From Octopus sinensis (lineage: Eukaryota), in contig NC_043004.1 of NCBI RefSeq assembly GCF_006345805.1, forward strand, positions 39,804,001 through 39,868,000: a stretch of 64,000 nucleotides of DNA, written 5' to 3'. The position numbers and the translations under genes are program-made. The stretch's first letter is position 1. Each line of letters opens with the position of its first letter. Below are positions 13,917 to 26,979 of this stretch, piece after piece. The notes below the pieces were generated by a model. It saw only the letters and a program-made list of their open reading frames with translations. It did no database searches and was not told the DNA's origin.

Positions 13917-15872
13917 TAATGCCTAAATAAAAACAGAGGTGAGGATGTTTAAGGTTAGATCATCTTCGATCTTTACTTGATTAAAGATGTTCTGGAACTA
14001 AATACACCAGTAGTAATTATATAATATTCACTACTAATTGAGGCGTGTATTTCTGCACAAACATTTTTACTTTACATCTGTTTCGCATCACTTACACTAT
14101 TTATAAACATTAATATATTGCCGTGTAAACATGTCCTTGTAATGTATAGTACACTCTGTTTCAGTAACTTTTATACAATGATACTAATGCTATTACTTTC
14201 AGAAATAATATGGACAATAAATAAATAAATAAAAATAAGTATAATGCAGCAATATAGGAATAGGAACAATGATAGCAACAAAGACAATCACAGCAACAAG
14301 AATAATTTGAATAATGACAACGATAAGATTCATTATAGCATGAGCAGCGTCCACGTCATTAACGAACAACAGTAACAATAATGACCTGTAGGCACGTTGT
14401 ATTTCGTTATGCAACCATTACTACACACCACTAGATATAGTAGATATTTAAGCAATGTGTTCGAGGATGTTTAATGGGTTATTTGGGTGCTGATGAAGGG
14501 GCGAAAACACACCGAAATATGGTATGTACGGCCATTGCTTGCTTTTCCATCTTCGAACACTTTGTTTGTTTATATCTGACGTCTCGATACGAAACGTCGT
14601 AGCAAAAATCAGTGCTGGCTGTAATTTCTGTAGATTATCTATGGCGATAAGCCTTAATAAATAACAGTAATAGTGGCAATGATAAGTAAAAAAAAAAATA
14701 ATGATGTTAGCAACATGATGCAACCACGAATGAATTTGCAACAACAACAACAAGCAGCAATCGCACCTACACAAACTGCAATGAAGGCATCACCAGGAAC
14801 TTATTATCACCAATAGCATCAGGAATGTCTAATTAGTAGGAGGAAATTAATAACATCAAGAACAAGAACAACAACATCAAAATTATCATCACTTGTAGGA
14901 TCGCTAAAGAACGCCAAATAAAAAGTAAAACAAAAACAAAGAAAACAATATCAAAAACAAAAGTAATGGTAGAGCCTTCCTTGGTCATTTCATCTAACAG
15001 AAATAGCAGCCAAATCTGCCTTAAAGCCTACTCTATTGGTTTAAAAACATAAAGACACAGTGGATAATAAAGTCCTAAATACACTGCCTGGAACATAAAC
15101 AAGTTAACCATGGTGATAGTCATGGTTTGAATGTCTTTGATTATATGTCTCTTCATTCAGAGCTCGCATGGTGCTAAACAACAGCAACAACAACATTCAA
15201 CTTATAACGATAAATGTATTAACGGTAATTAATGAAACAACAGTTTATATATATCAAGGAAAAAAAACAGGAGTAAATACTATGGTAAGATTCTGATACT
15301 CCTTAAAGAGCAGCAATCGTAACAAGGACCAACAAGACTCAGAAACGATGTCTTGGACTGCTGAAGATAGCGACCGAATTCATCTCGGATCACAGCCGAA
15401 TTCGAAATGGACAATTATATGCCTATTTGAGCATTCAAAGACGAATCCACATATATATAAACACACTAATAAAACGCGTACATACAAACACAAACATACA
15501 CACACGCATGGTAATCAACACAAACATAAGACTCAGTGACACACAAAGAAATTTTTAAAAATTCAATGGTCTTGCGTGTATATGTGCATGTATGTTGATT
15601 TGTGTGAACACATTTCTTAGACATATGTCTATACTAATGCGAAAAAAAAATGCCTATATTATATAGACCTATAGTAAATGGTACACAAACGTTATATACT
15701 ACGGTTTACCATTTATTATAGTGTGCATATACTATTGTATTCTTCAATACCTCATGGTGTTATGTGAGATTGCAGAGTACGCACAGGTATTGTAGACATA
15801 CGAATGGACAAAAAAATATCAATGCAAAAAAAAATTTCTCTGCTTGCAGTTGGTTTTGTGTGTGTGCGTCTG

Positions 15873-15884
<12 letters not shown>

Positions 15885-15917
<33 letters not shown>

Positions 15918-16575
15918 ATACATACATATGTGTATATATATATATACATACATATGTATATATATATATACATACATATGTATATTATATATATATATAT
16001 ACATATGTATATATATATATACATATATATATATACATACATACATATGTATATATATGTATATACATACATATATATATGTATACATATATGCAAAAAC
16101 ATATAAATATATATATGTATATACATACAAATACATATGTATATACATACATATACATATGTATATACATATATATATAGATATATATATATGTATATGC
16201 ATATATATATGTGTGTATAAACATACATGTATATGTATATACATATATATATGTATATATATATATGTAGATACATATATATATACATATATACATACAT
16301 ATGTTTATACATATATTTATGCATATATATACATATATATATATACACATATAGATATATATATATATACATACATATATATATATATATATATACATAT
16401 ATATGCATGTATATATATATATATATTCATTCATATATATATATATATATATGTATACATATATATATATATATAAATTCATATATATATGCATGTACGT
16501 GTATATATATGCATATATGTGTATATGCATACATATGAGTGTACGTATGCATTTGTATATATATATATATATACT
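15885..16575. repeat. (TA/CA/TG)n compound microsatellite
   Basis: Directly visible. Confidence 0.95.
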
Positions 16576-17046
16576 GGATAGCGAATTCAAGAGAAGAACT
16601 GCACATTACATTTCAGGGAACGACCTGCCTAAAATGTCTTTAAGAGGCCTTATGTATGCATGTATGTATGTGAGTATGTATGTATGTCTAAATGCACATC
16701 TGAACGGCTGCGTGTATGTATGAACGTATGAATGTATAACTAAAGTTATGAGTGCGTGCATTATTGAATGTATGTCCTCACCGTGTCAGTGTTTATATAA
16801 ATAATAAAAAACAACAGACACTGAATGCATGTGTATAATTGTCAGTATATATAATGATGTTTATATCAAATGCAACTTTATGTAGATGGGGTCTTTTTGC
16901 TACTCATTTTTTTTTATCATTTTATTGCTAATTCGTTTTTTTGGGTTTTTTTTTTTTTTTTGTCTTTTCTCTTTTTTTTTGTTCTGCTATAAAATATATT
17001 GACTTGTCATGCTTTGAAGTTTTAGTCCTTCATATGTACACATTTA

Positions 17047-17095
<49 letters not shown>

Positions 17096-17264
17096 ACATA
17101 AACGCAAACACACACACACACGCACTCGCTCCCCCGTGAATACGAATACACATACATCTGTTTTATATCTATATAAACGAATTGAATTTAATTGGATTAT
17201 ATATATATATATATATAAAATGCATATAAAACAGTATATATATTTAAATGCATATGAATATATA

Positions 17265-17272
17265 TATATGAA

Positions 17273-17316
<44 letters not shown>

Positions 17317-17741
17317 TGTATATATACATGTATATATATATGCATATATATATATTTTATATATAATATCTGAATATATATATTATCTGAATATATATAT
17401 ATGCATATAAATATATATATCTGAATATATATATGCATATAAATATTGTATATATATATATATATTATATATAGATATGTATATATATATATGTATATAT
17501 AATATATATATGTCTATATATATATGTATATATATATATAATATAATATATATATATATATATATAGAATATATATATATATATATATATATATTTAATA
17601 TATATATATATATCTATATATAGATATATATATATGTATATTATATATATATATATATATATGTATCTATATATATATATCTATATATATATATATATAT
17701 ATATAATAGTATATATATATATAGATATATATATTATATAG

Positions 17742-17776
<35 letters not shown>

Positions 17777-17788
17777 ATATATATATAT

Positions 17789-17825
<37 letters not shown>

Positions 17826-17882
17826 GATATATATATATATATCTATTATATGTATAAATATATATATATATATGTCTATATA

Positions 17883-17919
<37 letters not shown>

Positions 17920-17920
17920 C

Positions 17921-17962
<42 letters not shown>

Positions 17963-18137
17963 TAGAGATATGTATATGTATATATATATATTATATATAT
18001 ATATGTAATAATATATAATATATATATATGTATAGATATATATATTATATATATGTATATATATATTATATATATAGATATTATATATATATATTATATA
18101 TATATTATATAAGATGTATATGTATATATATATATAT

Positions 18138-18169
<32 letters not shown>

Positions 18170-18191
18170 CTATTATAGTATATATATTATG

Positions 18192-18227
<36 letters not shown>

Positions 18228-18388
18228 GTATATCTATATATTATATATATGTATTGTATTATATATATATATATAGATATATATATGTATATATATAATA
18301 TATAGTATTATATATGTATATGTATATATATATATTATATGTATATGTATATATATATATATAATAATTATATATATATATGTATATG

Positions 18389-18432
<44 letters not shown>

Positions 18433-18560
18433 TATATATGTATATGTATAGATATATATATATATTATATATATATATATTATATATATTATATATATAT
18501 GTGTATATGTATATATTCATACATATATGTATACACATATATATAAGCATATGTATGTAT
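17265..18560. repeat. ~1.3-kb imperfect (TA)n tract
   Basis: Directly visible. Confidence 0.95.
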
Positions 18561-18900
18561 GTGTTAATCCAAGTCCTCGAATTAATATGTACCTCTACAG
18601 AAAATTTTCGTCAGAAAATGAATGAGATAGTTGCTATAGTAACATCCGCTGATATGAAAGGATAAATATATATATATACATATATACTTAACTATGTGAC
18701 TGCCCATGAAAAATCCGCGGGGGATAAATATTCAATTATATAGTTAATTACTTTCGACATATCCTACTAAAAGGAATTTGCATAAAATACATGGAAATAA
18801 TTGTGAATAAACATATACAGTTTTTATATGGTTTTTTTAATGATTTAGGTACACTTTTATACCGTAATACAGCATCAAGTATATACATGTTCTTTTATAT

Positions 18901-19335
18901 TTTATCTTTATTTGTTTAAGTCTTTGGACTGCAGCCATGCTGGAGCACCGACTTTCAGGGTTTTAGTCGAACAAATCGAGACCAGTACTAATTTTTAAGT
19001 CTGGTACTATAATTCCAATTTGGCGAACAGCATTGCTATGAAGGTGTAAGCAAAATCAACACCGGTTATGAGGCCGTGGTGGGTGACAAACAGATACGAC
19101 ACACACACACACACACGCGCGCTCACACGCATACGCGTGCGCATACACATACACACACACCACGCTTATGTGGCAGGCTTCTACACAGTTTCCGTCTAGC
19201 GACTTCCTAACAAGATATTGGTCGACCTGCGGCTATATAGGAAAATGCTTGCCCAAATTGCCGTGCAGTGGGACTGAACCTGAAACCACGTGGTTGCAAA
19301 GAGAGTTTCTCAACAACTCAGCCATGTCTGCGCCT
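18901..19335 (-). mobile_element. SINE family A (older)
   Basis: Reverse-complement match to family A head and tail. Confidence 0.8.
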
Positions 19336-20663
19336 TTTATGTTTATAATTTATGCATCGATAGTGGATTTTATATACACTTATACTCACTAATCTTTTAA
19401 CTAAACGATCTGATATTGTTACCATGAAGTGCAGAGATAGTGAACTCATCATGGTTTAACAAACGAAACGACATGTCAGTGTTTCAGGAATATTTACAAA
19501 TAATAAACAATATCATATCAGAGGGACGGACAAACAAAGAGATGGAGAACACACTGCTAATTCTTTTAGAAGATTATCAGCTAGGTTGTGAGCGGTACAA
19601 TGTACGTAGAATATGAAGCTTTATTTGCAGTTTGATCACGTTCTATTATAATGAATGCTAATATACTTATCACACACTGGCTTGGTTAAAAGTCATGGCG
19701 TAGACAACTATATAAGACAAACATAGTCATACATACTTCACTAAAACATGCACATACTCACACACTCCTATAAATGAATGCAATTATATACATGTCACTG
19801 CCTATGTAGATGCAAATACATATGTGCATATTAACAGTTTAATTCGTATTAAAATAAGGTTGACACGGAGAATATATACATGCATACATACATAAGTATA
19901 TGTGTGTGTGCACGTATGTATTTATAAGTATATGTATTCATGTATATATGTGTGTGTGTCCTTACATATGCAAATCATTTACTTAGTCCTGTGTTTCTCA
20001 TACATAAAGAACACATAAAATGTATGTCGGTGTTATACATATATACATGCATGCAAGCATACATAAATAAATACATACATAATGTGATTGCTGCCGACTC
20101 GTATGGCATGACCATCACTGACGAAGCAATGACCGTGCAAAATTTTAGGTCCTATAAGGCTTGCCTAACATCTCGTAAGCCCTCTCCATCCTATTGGCAT
20201 GATCCAGGCAAGATATTCAGTGCCAATATGTGTCGCAGGTTCAGGAATGTGGGAGCGTCACGATCTCAATCACAAGCCAAAGATAACACCCGAAATGTCC
20301 AATGCCATTCCCAGCAAACCCGGTTTTATATCAGAGTAACCTTCTCCTAGAAACACGCATTAACAAAAGTTGAAAGGTGACTCACTTCCAGCAGTCTTCA
20401 AGCAAACCAGATACAAACCCGGAGGTTCTGAGTGCACGTGCTACTGCTGGATAGCCGCTGGACCTACCCTGGGGTTCATTTGTCCTTTTGAGAGGCCGCC
20501 TTGTTTTTAGTTCTACTGAGATTCTAGCAACTCTTTTCACCAATCTAGCTTAGTGGGTTGCCGGTCTAGTCGCGGGCGACTTTAGTATGAAACATGTTGT
20601 CATGGATTTCATGTTACCAGTAGTATTCATGGTACTTCACAAGTGACCTGACATATATATATA

Positions 20664-20920
20664 CTCAAAATAAGCAACAACAATGACTCCGGTAATTTGG
20701 TACGATCGTTTCGTACTACATCATTTTATTAAATGTTGTAATACTTACAACATTTAATAAAATGATGTAATACGAAACGATCGTACCAAATTACCGGAGT
20801 CATTCTTGTTGCTTATTTTGATTATAATCACCCCACGCATTTATATGGATAACACCATACAGATTTCTGGTGCATCTAAATTAAGTACCATATTCATTTG
20901 AATCTAAATTTTTGCTGAAC
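20664..20920. repeat. Fold-back element: 76-bp arms, 3-nt loop, plus ~100-bp tail, inside (TA)n
   Basis: 20666-20741 vs 20745-20820 pair at 74/76; deleted relative at 34287-34384. Confidence 0.9.
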
Positions 20921-21517
20921 TTATATATATATATATATACATACATACATACAGATATATTTCCTGGAGTTTTGCATACCACAACCGGAAATACGATGGT
21001 ATTGCATGTCCCCGTACTTTTGGCGGTCACTTGCACAAACCTTCACCCTCTCCCAACATCCACACACACACACGTACACAACCACACATACACACACACA
21101 TACACACGCATAGCTACTCTACGGACGTATTATTGATGAACGAGTTGGGTGTTAAAGTGTTTCGGACAACCAAGGACACGAACGGAATGGTACTAGATTC
21201 CATAAAAAATACGCACTCGCACGTAGGTACACTCGCCACTTGAATAAACAGACAGACAGACAAATACATAGATATGTGTATATTTATATACACACAAACG
21301 CATATATACTATATTGTATCATATATTATGATACTGCATTATATTGTGTACATTATATATATATATATATTTATAGTTATCGCCATATTAATATGGCAGT
21401 CTTATAGATATAAGACTAAAGCTGTCGCTGATTAGCTCCATGAGGCCATCACCTTAAGCTAGCTATTTGACACACAAACTGCGTCCATTATAACTTAGTA
21501 ATTTTAATATTTCTATT

Positions 21518-21558
<41 letters not shown>

Positions 21559-21664
21559 ATATATAAGGTTAATCCAAACATGAATACACAAGAGAAAACA
21601 CAACAACGCGAGGACGTGCAACAAAGATAGTATTATGGACGCTCAGGAAGGAAGGAAGAAGGGG

Positions 21665-21699
21665 GTTTAACGTTTCGAACGGAGCTCTTCGTCAGAAAC
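21665..21699 (-). ncRNA. Minimal type I hammerhead motif (Penelope-type, extra A after the core)
   Basis: Minus strand GTTT CTGACGA A GAGC-TCC-GTTC GAAA CG T T AAAC: 4-bp stem I, 4-bp stem II, palindromic ACGT stem III. Confidence 0.7.
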
Positions 21700-21812
21700 A
21701 TAGGAAAGGGAAAGATCCAGAGAAGGGATGACGGAGGAAACAAATCGGCCAACGGTACACACGCGGTCACATTGTGTGTGTGTGTGTGTGTGTTTGAGTG
21801 TACATACATACA

Positions 21813-22188
21813 TGGAGCACTCCGTCGGTTACGACGACGAGGGTTCCGGTTGATCCGATCAACGGAACAGCCTGCTCGTGAAATTAACGTGTAAGTGGCT
21901 GAGCACTCCACAGACACGTGTACCCTTAACGTAGTTCTCGGGGATATTCAGCGTGACACAGAGAGTGACAAGGCCGGCCCTTTGAAATACAGGTACAACA
22001 GAAACAGGAAGTAAGAGAAAGTTGTGGTGAAAGAGTACAACAGGGATCACACCATCCCTGCCGGAGCCTCGTGAAGCTTTTAGGTGTTTTCGCTCAATAA
22101 ACACTCACAACGCCCGGTTTGGGAATCGAAACCGCGATCCTACGACCGCGAGTCCGCTGCCCTAACCACTGGGCCATTGCGCCTCCAC
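21813..22188 (-). mobile_element. SINE family C
   Basis: Reverse complement of 12305-12689; flanked by (ACAT)n on both sides. Confidence 0.9.
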
Positions 22189-22677
22189 ATACATACATAC
22201 ATACATACATACATACACATTATACACACATATACCCACACAGAAACACAGACATAAGCGTGTGAAATATATATACTTCCATGTACTCAAAAAAGGAGCA
22301 CAGAGACAAAAAATAAACGTGTCACAGACACCCAAAATACTCAACCGTTCAAAAAAACACTTTCATAAGCAAATTATTCAAATTATTGCACATACAGGAA
22401 CCCATAACGAAATATATACTTATTTTCAGAGAGTTATGTTTTTTTTGTTTTTTTTTACCTCTCTTCTTTCTTTGACAAGTAAATTAACTGAAATGTAATC
22501 GGGCGAAGTAAGACAAATTATGTTCTACGTTAAGTGAATAAAACTCTTAATTTTGTCAATTTGCAGAAAAATAAGTGTTAGGTTTTCTATGTGTGTATGT
22601 TAGTAAGAATATATGTCTGTATGTATCCTTGTCGTACGTATTCACGTACGTTATTGATACATATATGTATGTGTATG

Positions 22678-22713
<36 letters not shown>

Positions 22714-23601
22714 ATTATATATGTGTGTGTGTGTGTGTATGTGTGTGTGTGTCTATGTATATTATTTATATATATATTGTATATGTATATATATATGCAC
22801 ATTTATATATATGCATATATATATATATACATATATATGCAGACATAACATATGCATGTATATATATGTATGATGTATTATGCATACATGCATCATTCAT
22901 AATATACATATATGAATCTATAATTACACACAAGCGTACACGTATATATGTACATACTTACATACATGTATACACATATACATACACATATATATATTAT
23001 ATATATATATATATACATACATATGTATATATATATATGCATATATATACATATATATATATATATATAATATATATATATATATACATATATATATAAA
23101 TATGCATATATTATATATATATATATACATATATATCTATACGATAATATATATTATTATATATATATACATACATACATACATACATATCTTTTGTGAA
23201 TTGAAAACGTGTAAAGAAACATGTATTTAGTATAAAAAGAATAAAAATATTAAAACAGTAATATGTAATTGTTTTTGTTTTCCATTTTCCCTAATATACA
23301 ATGAATGACACAATCAAACTAAACTTACAGCCAGTCGAATCTCTAACCAGCTTTCAATTCGCGATTGCAGCCATTTCATTTCACTTCAATACAGTTTATA
23401 GATGACTCTGACAGTTGTAAATGCCGCTAGACATGTTAGGTCTGACGTTACAGAGTATTTTCCTTCATCTCAGAAAGAGTTAGAATGTTGTGTGGTAACT
23501 TGAGCTGTCATCAGGTATTAATATACATGAGCATACCTCATTTTACGTCGTTTCGAATTACGTTATGTCTTTCCCGACTTTATGCTGTTTTATTTTTATT
23601 A

Positions 23602-23636
<35 letters not shown>

Positions 23637-24038
23637 TAAAAACCTGATAAAAAAATACACCTAAATTTCAGTCAAATTATCCGACTTTACGTCAGTTTCA
23701 GCGAACATATTTACTAGTATAAAGACTTTATTAGAAAAAAGAAAACCTCGTGAAAACCAATTTTGAAGTGGAAAATCAAATATAATACGTGTGAAGATAT
23801 GTACAAATCATTTATTAAGACGGATATACGGTGATAATTTTTTTCGTGTCTTTTCATGTTAGGTCGTTTTTCGAATCAATCTGTCTTGGAACCAGTTACC
23901 GACGTAAGTTTAAGTATGCTTGTATATATTTGTGAGAATATTCTTGTCTTACGCATGCTGCAACGCCGCATTCTCTCCTTAGATGATGTGCAATTGTACG
24001 AAACGTTAGATATCTTCCCTACACTCCTCCCCCATTTT

Positions 24039-24138
24039 NNNNNNNNNNNNNNNNNNNNNNNNNNNNNNNNNNNNNNNNNNNNNNNNNNNNNNNNNNNNNN
24101 NNNNNNNNNNNNNNNNNNNNNNNNNNNNNNNNNNNNNN
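24039..24138. other. Assembly gap (100 N)
   Basis: Run of N. Confidence 1.
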
Positions 24139-24515
24139 ATTATCTAATGACATCTTCATCCGCAAGATTACCATTCTTCTTCTCATTGATTTATTCTCTC
24201 CTCATTTCTACATTATGTTCCAAGACACATCCCAGTGTTAGCTTCAATTCCTCATTGTTTGTATAGCACATTTGTGTGTGTGAGTGTGTGTGTGGTGTGT
24301 GTGTGTGTGTATGTATGTGTACTTAATATGATACGTTGTATTGCAAACAGGTGTTTATCAGCGATTACATTTCTGTCGCTAAAAAATGTGTATGAATCTC
24401 ATATATATATATATAGATGTGTATGTATTTATGGATGTATATTTATGGATACATACATATGTGCGCAGAATAGATATATAAATATATACTTACATTATAT
24501 ACATGTCAAATTATA

Positions 24516-24579
<64 letters not shown>

Positions 24580-25153
24580 GAATGTATGTACATGTATACA
24601 TGTATACACACACATATGCATATGTATATATATTATGTGCTTATATATATATATATATATATATATCACAATCAAGGAACGGCCATAATAGGCCATTCAC
24701 CCACTAGAAATAACAGCCAAAAAGCTTCAACCGCAAAATAACATTAATTCTGTAAACCAGGAGAAAATTAAAAAAACATTTACCCTGAAATTCCTTATAC
24801 GATGCACCGTTTCGTCTACTGTTTAATGGTAAACTAACCTGATTAAATTAAATCAAGCCAATCTACCTATTATGGCCGTTCCTTGATTGTGATATTGAAC
24901 TTAAAAATGGTTTATGACTATTTAATTTTTTCCCACTAGGCCGCTGGGGGCAAAAGAATTCTACAAAATTTTTTTTGCCTCCCTATATTGATTAATTATG
25001 AATTTTCTGGTTAGTTCCGTAATGGAATCGGCGGCTTATATTTATTTGCTGCCGATAATTTGGCGCGAGTGCGACGATTTGAAAATTTTAGGTCAGATAT
25101 TGGCGACGCATGGACGTGAATGCCTCGTGAAAAATATCTGTTCCGATTTGGCT

Positions 25154-25259
25154 ATTCCTTACTGATGAATCTAAGGGCCTATGGTAGATTGGCTTGATTT
25201 AATTAATCAGGTTAGTTTACCATTAAACAGTAGACGAAACGGTGCATCGTATAAGGAAT
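25154..25259 (+). ncRNA. Type I hammerhead ribozyme, copy 1 (predicted cleavage after 25251)
   Basis: Stem I ATTCCTTA/TAAGGAAT; CTGATGA 25162-25168; long stem II; GAAA 25236-25239; stem III ACGG-TGCA-TCGT; GUA triplet. Confidence 0.88.
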
Positions 25260-25643
25260 TTCAGGGTAAATGTTTTTTTAATTTTCTCCTGGTTTACAGA
25301 ATTAATGTTATTTTGCGGTTGAAGCTTTTTGGCTGTTATTTCTAGTGGGTGAATGGCCTATTATGGCCGTTCTTGATTGTGATATTGAACTTAAAAATGG
25401 TTTATGACTATTTAATTTTTTCCACTAGGCCGCTGGGGGCAAAAGAATTCTACAAAATTTTTTTTGCCTCCCTATATTGATTAATTATGAATTTTCTGGT
25501 TAGTTCCGTAATGGAATCGGCGGCTTATATTTATTTGCTGCCGATAAATTTGGCGCGAGTGCGACGATTTGAAAATTTTAGGTCAGATATTGGCGAGGCA
25601 TGGACGTGAATGCCTCGTGAAAAATATCTGTTCCGATTTGGCT

Positions 25644-25750
25644 ATTCCTTACTGATGAATCTAAGGGCCTATGGTAGATTGGCTTGATTTAATTTAATCA
25701 GGTTAGTTTACCATTAAACAGTAGACGAAACGGTGCATCGTATAAGGAAT
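25644..25750 (+). ncRNA. Type I hammerhead ribozyme, copy 2 (predicted cleavage after 25742)
   Basis: Same elements as copy 1; CTGATGA 25652-25658, GAAA 25727-25730. Confidence 0.88.
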
Positions 25751-26135
25751 TTCAGGGTAAATGTTTTTTTAATTTTCTCCTGGTTTACAGAATTAATGTT
25801 ATTTTGCGGTTGAAGCTTTTTGGCTGTTATTTCTAGTGGGTGAATGGCCTATTATGGCCGTTCCTTGATTGTGATATTGAACTTAAAAATGGTTTATGAC
25901 TATTTAATTTTTTCCACTAGGCCGCTGGGGGCAAAAGAATTCTACAAAATTTTTTTTGCCTCCCTATATTGATTAATTATGAATTTTCTGGTTAGTTCCG
26001 TAATGGAATCGGCGGCTTATATTTATTTGCTGCCGATAAATTTGGCGCGAGTGCGACGATTTGAAAATTTTAGGTCAGATATTGGCGACGCATGGACGTG
26101 AATGCCTCGTGAAAAATATCTGTTCCGATTTGGCT

Positions 26136-26242
26136 ATTCCTTACTGATGAATCTAAGGGCCTATGGTAGATTGGCTTGATTTAATTTAATCAGGTTAGTT
26201 TACCATTAAACAGTAGACGAAACGGTGCATCGTATAAGGAAT
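26136..26242 (+). ncRNA. Type I hammerhead ribozyme, copy 3 (predicted cleavage after 26234)
   Basis: Same elements as copy 1; CTGATGA 26144-26150. Confidence 0.88.
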
Positions 26243-26979
26243 TTCAGGGTAAATGTTTTTTTAATTTTCTCCTGGTTTACAGAATTAATGTTATTTTGCG
26301 GTTGAAGCTTTTTGGCTGTTATTTCTAGTGGGTGAATGGCCTATTATGGCCGTTCCTTGATTGTGATATTGAACTTAAAAATGGTTTATGACTATTTAAT
26401 TTTTTCCCACTAGGCCGCTGGGGGCAAAAGAATTCTACAAAATTTTTTTTGCCTCCCTATATTGATTAATAAATATATATATATATATATATATCAGCAC
26501 ATAATATATATACATATGCACATGTGTGTATATACATGTACATACATTCATAAATATATATACATATATACACATACAATTTAAACGAAGTTGAACTGAC
26601 AGTTCGAGAATATGATTTAGTATGGTTGCCTCTGGGGAATTGAAAAATGACGATTTTGACAATTCTCCAAATAATTCCACAAATAACCATCTGGAATTGT
26701 CTGTCGACTGGATCTCTATTAGCTATTCACTTTACTCTTCATCTAGTACTGAGTTCTTTCTAATTATGCGTGTATTTACATCACTGCAATATTGTAAGGT
26801 GTACATACATACATACATACATACATACATACATACATACATACATACATACATACATGCATGCATACATGCATACATGCATACATGCATACATACATAC
26901 ATACATGCATACATACATGTATATATATAGGTGAGAAAGTTGGTGTGTGAAAGCACGTGGTTGGATGTATAAAAAATAG

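Larger units (their letters stand above)
24663..26470 (+). mobile_element. Retrozyme-like element: 205-bp inverted 5' segment + ~3.3 tandem 491-bp hammerhead-bearing units
   Basis: Near-identical units with equivalent positions 25251/25742/26234 (periods 491, 492); 24663-24867 is the reverse complement of part of the unit; (TA)n on both sides. Confidence 0.88.

Noticed and set aside
14490-14605. CTGATGA..GAAA and CTGACG..GAAACGTC motifs
   Set aside because: Stems I and II do not pair convincingly; at best heavily decayed relics.
18691-18725. Possible Helitron 3' end on the minus strand
   Set aside because: Hairpin is degenerate and no matching 5' end could be placed.
20762-20790. TGATG..C GAAAC-GATC-GTA hammerhead-like motif in the hairpin arm
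   Set aside because: Lacks C3 and A9, and no stem I or feasible stem II.
24866-26470. Interpretation as CRISPR array or plain satellite
   Set aside because: Units are 491 bp with no unique spacers; the hammerhead, strand-biased fold and 5' inversion argue against a plain satellite.
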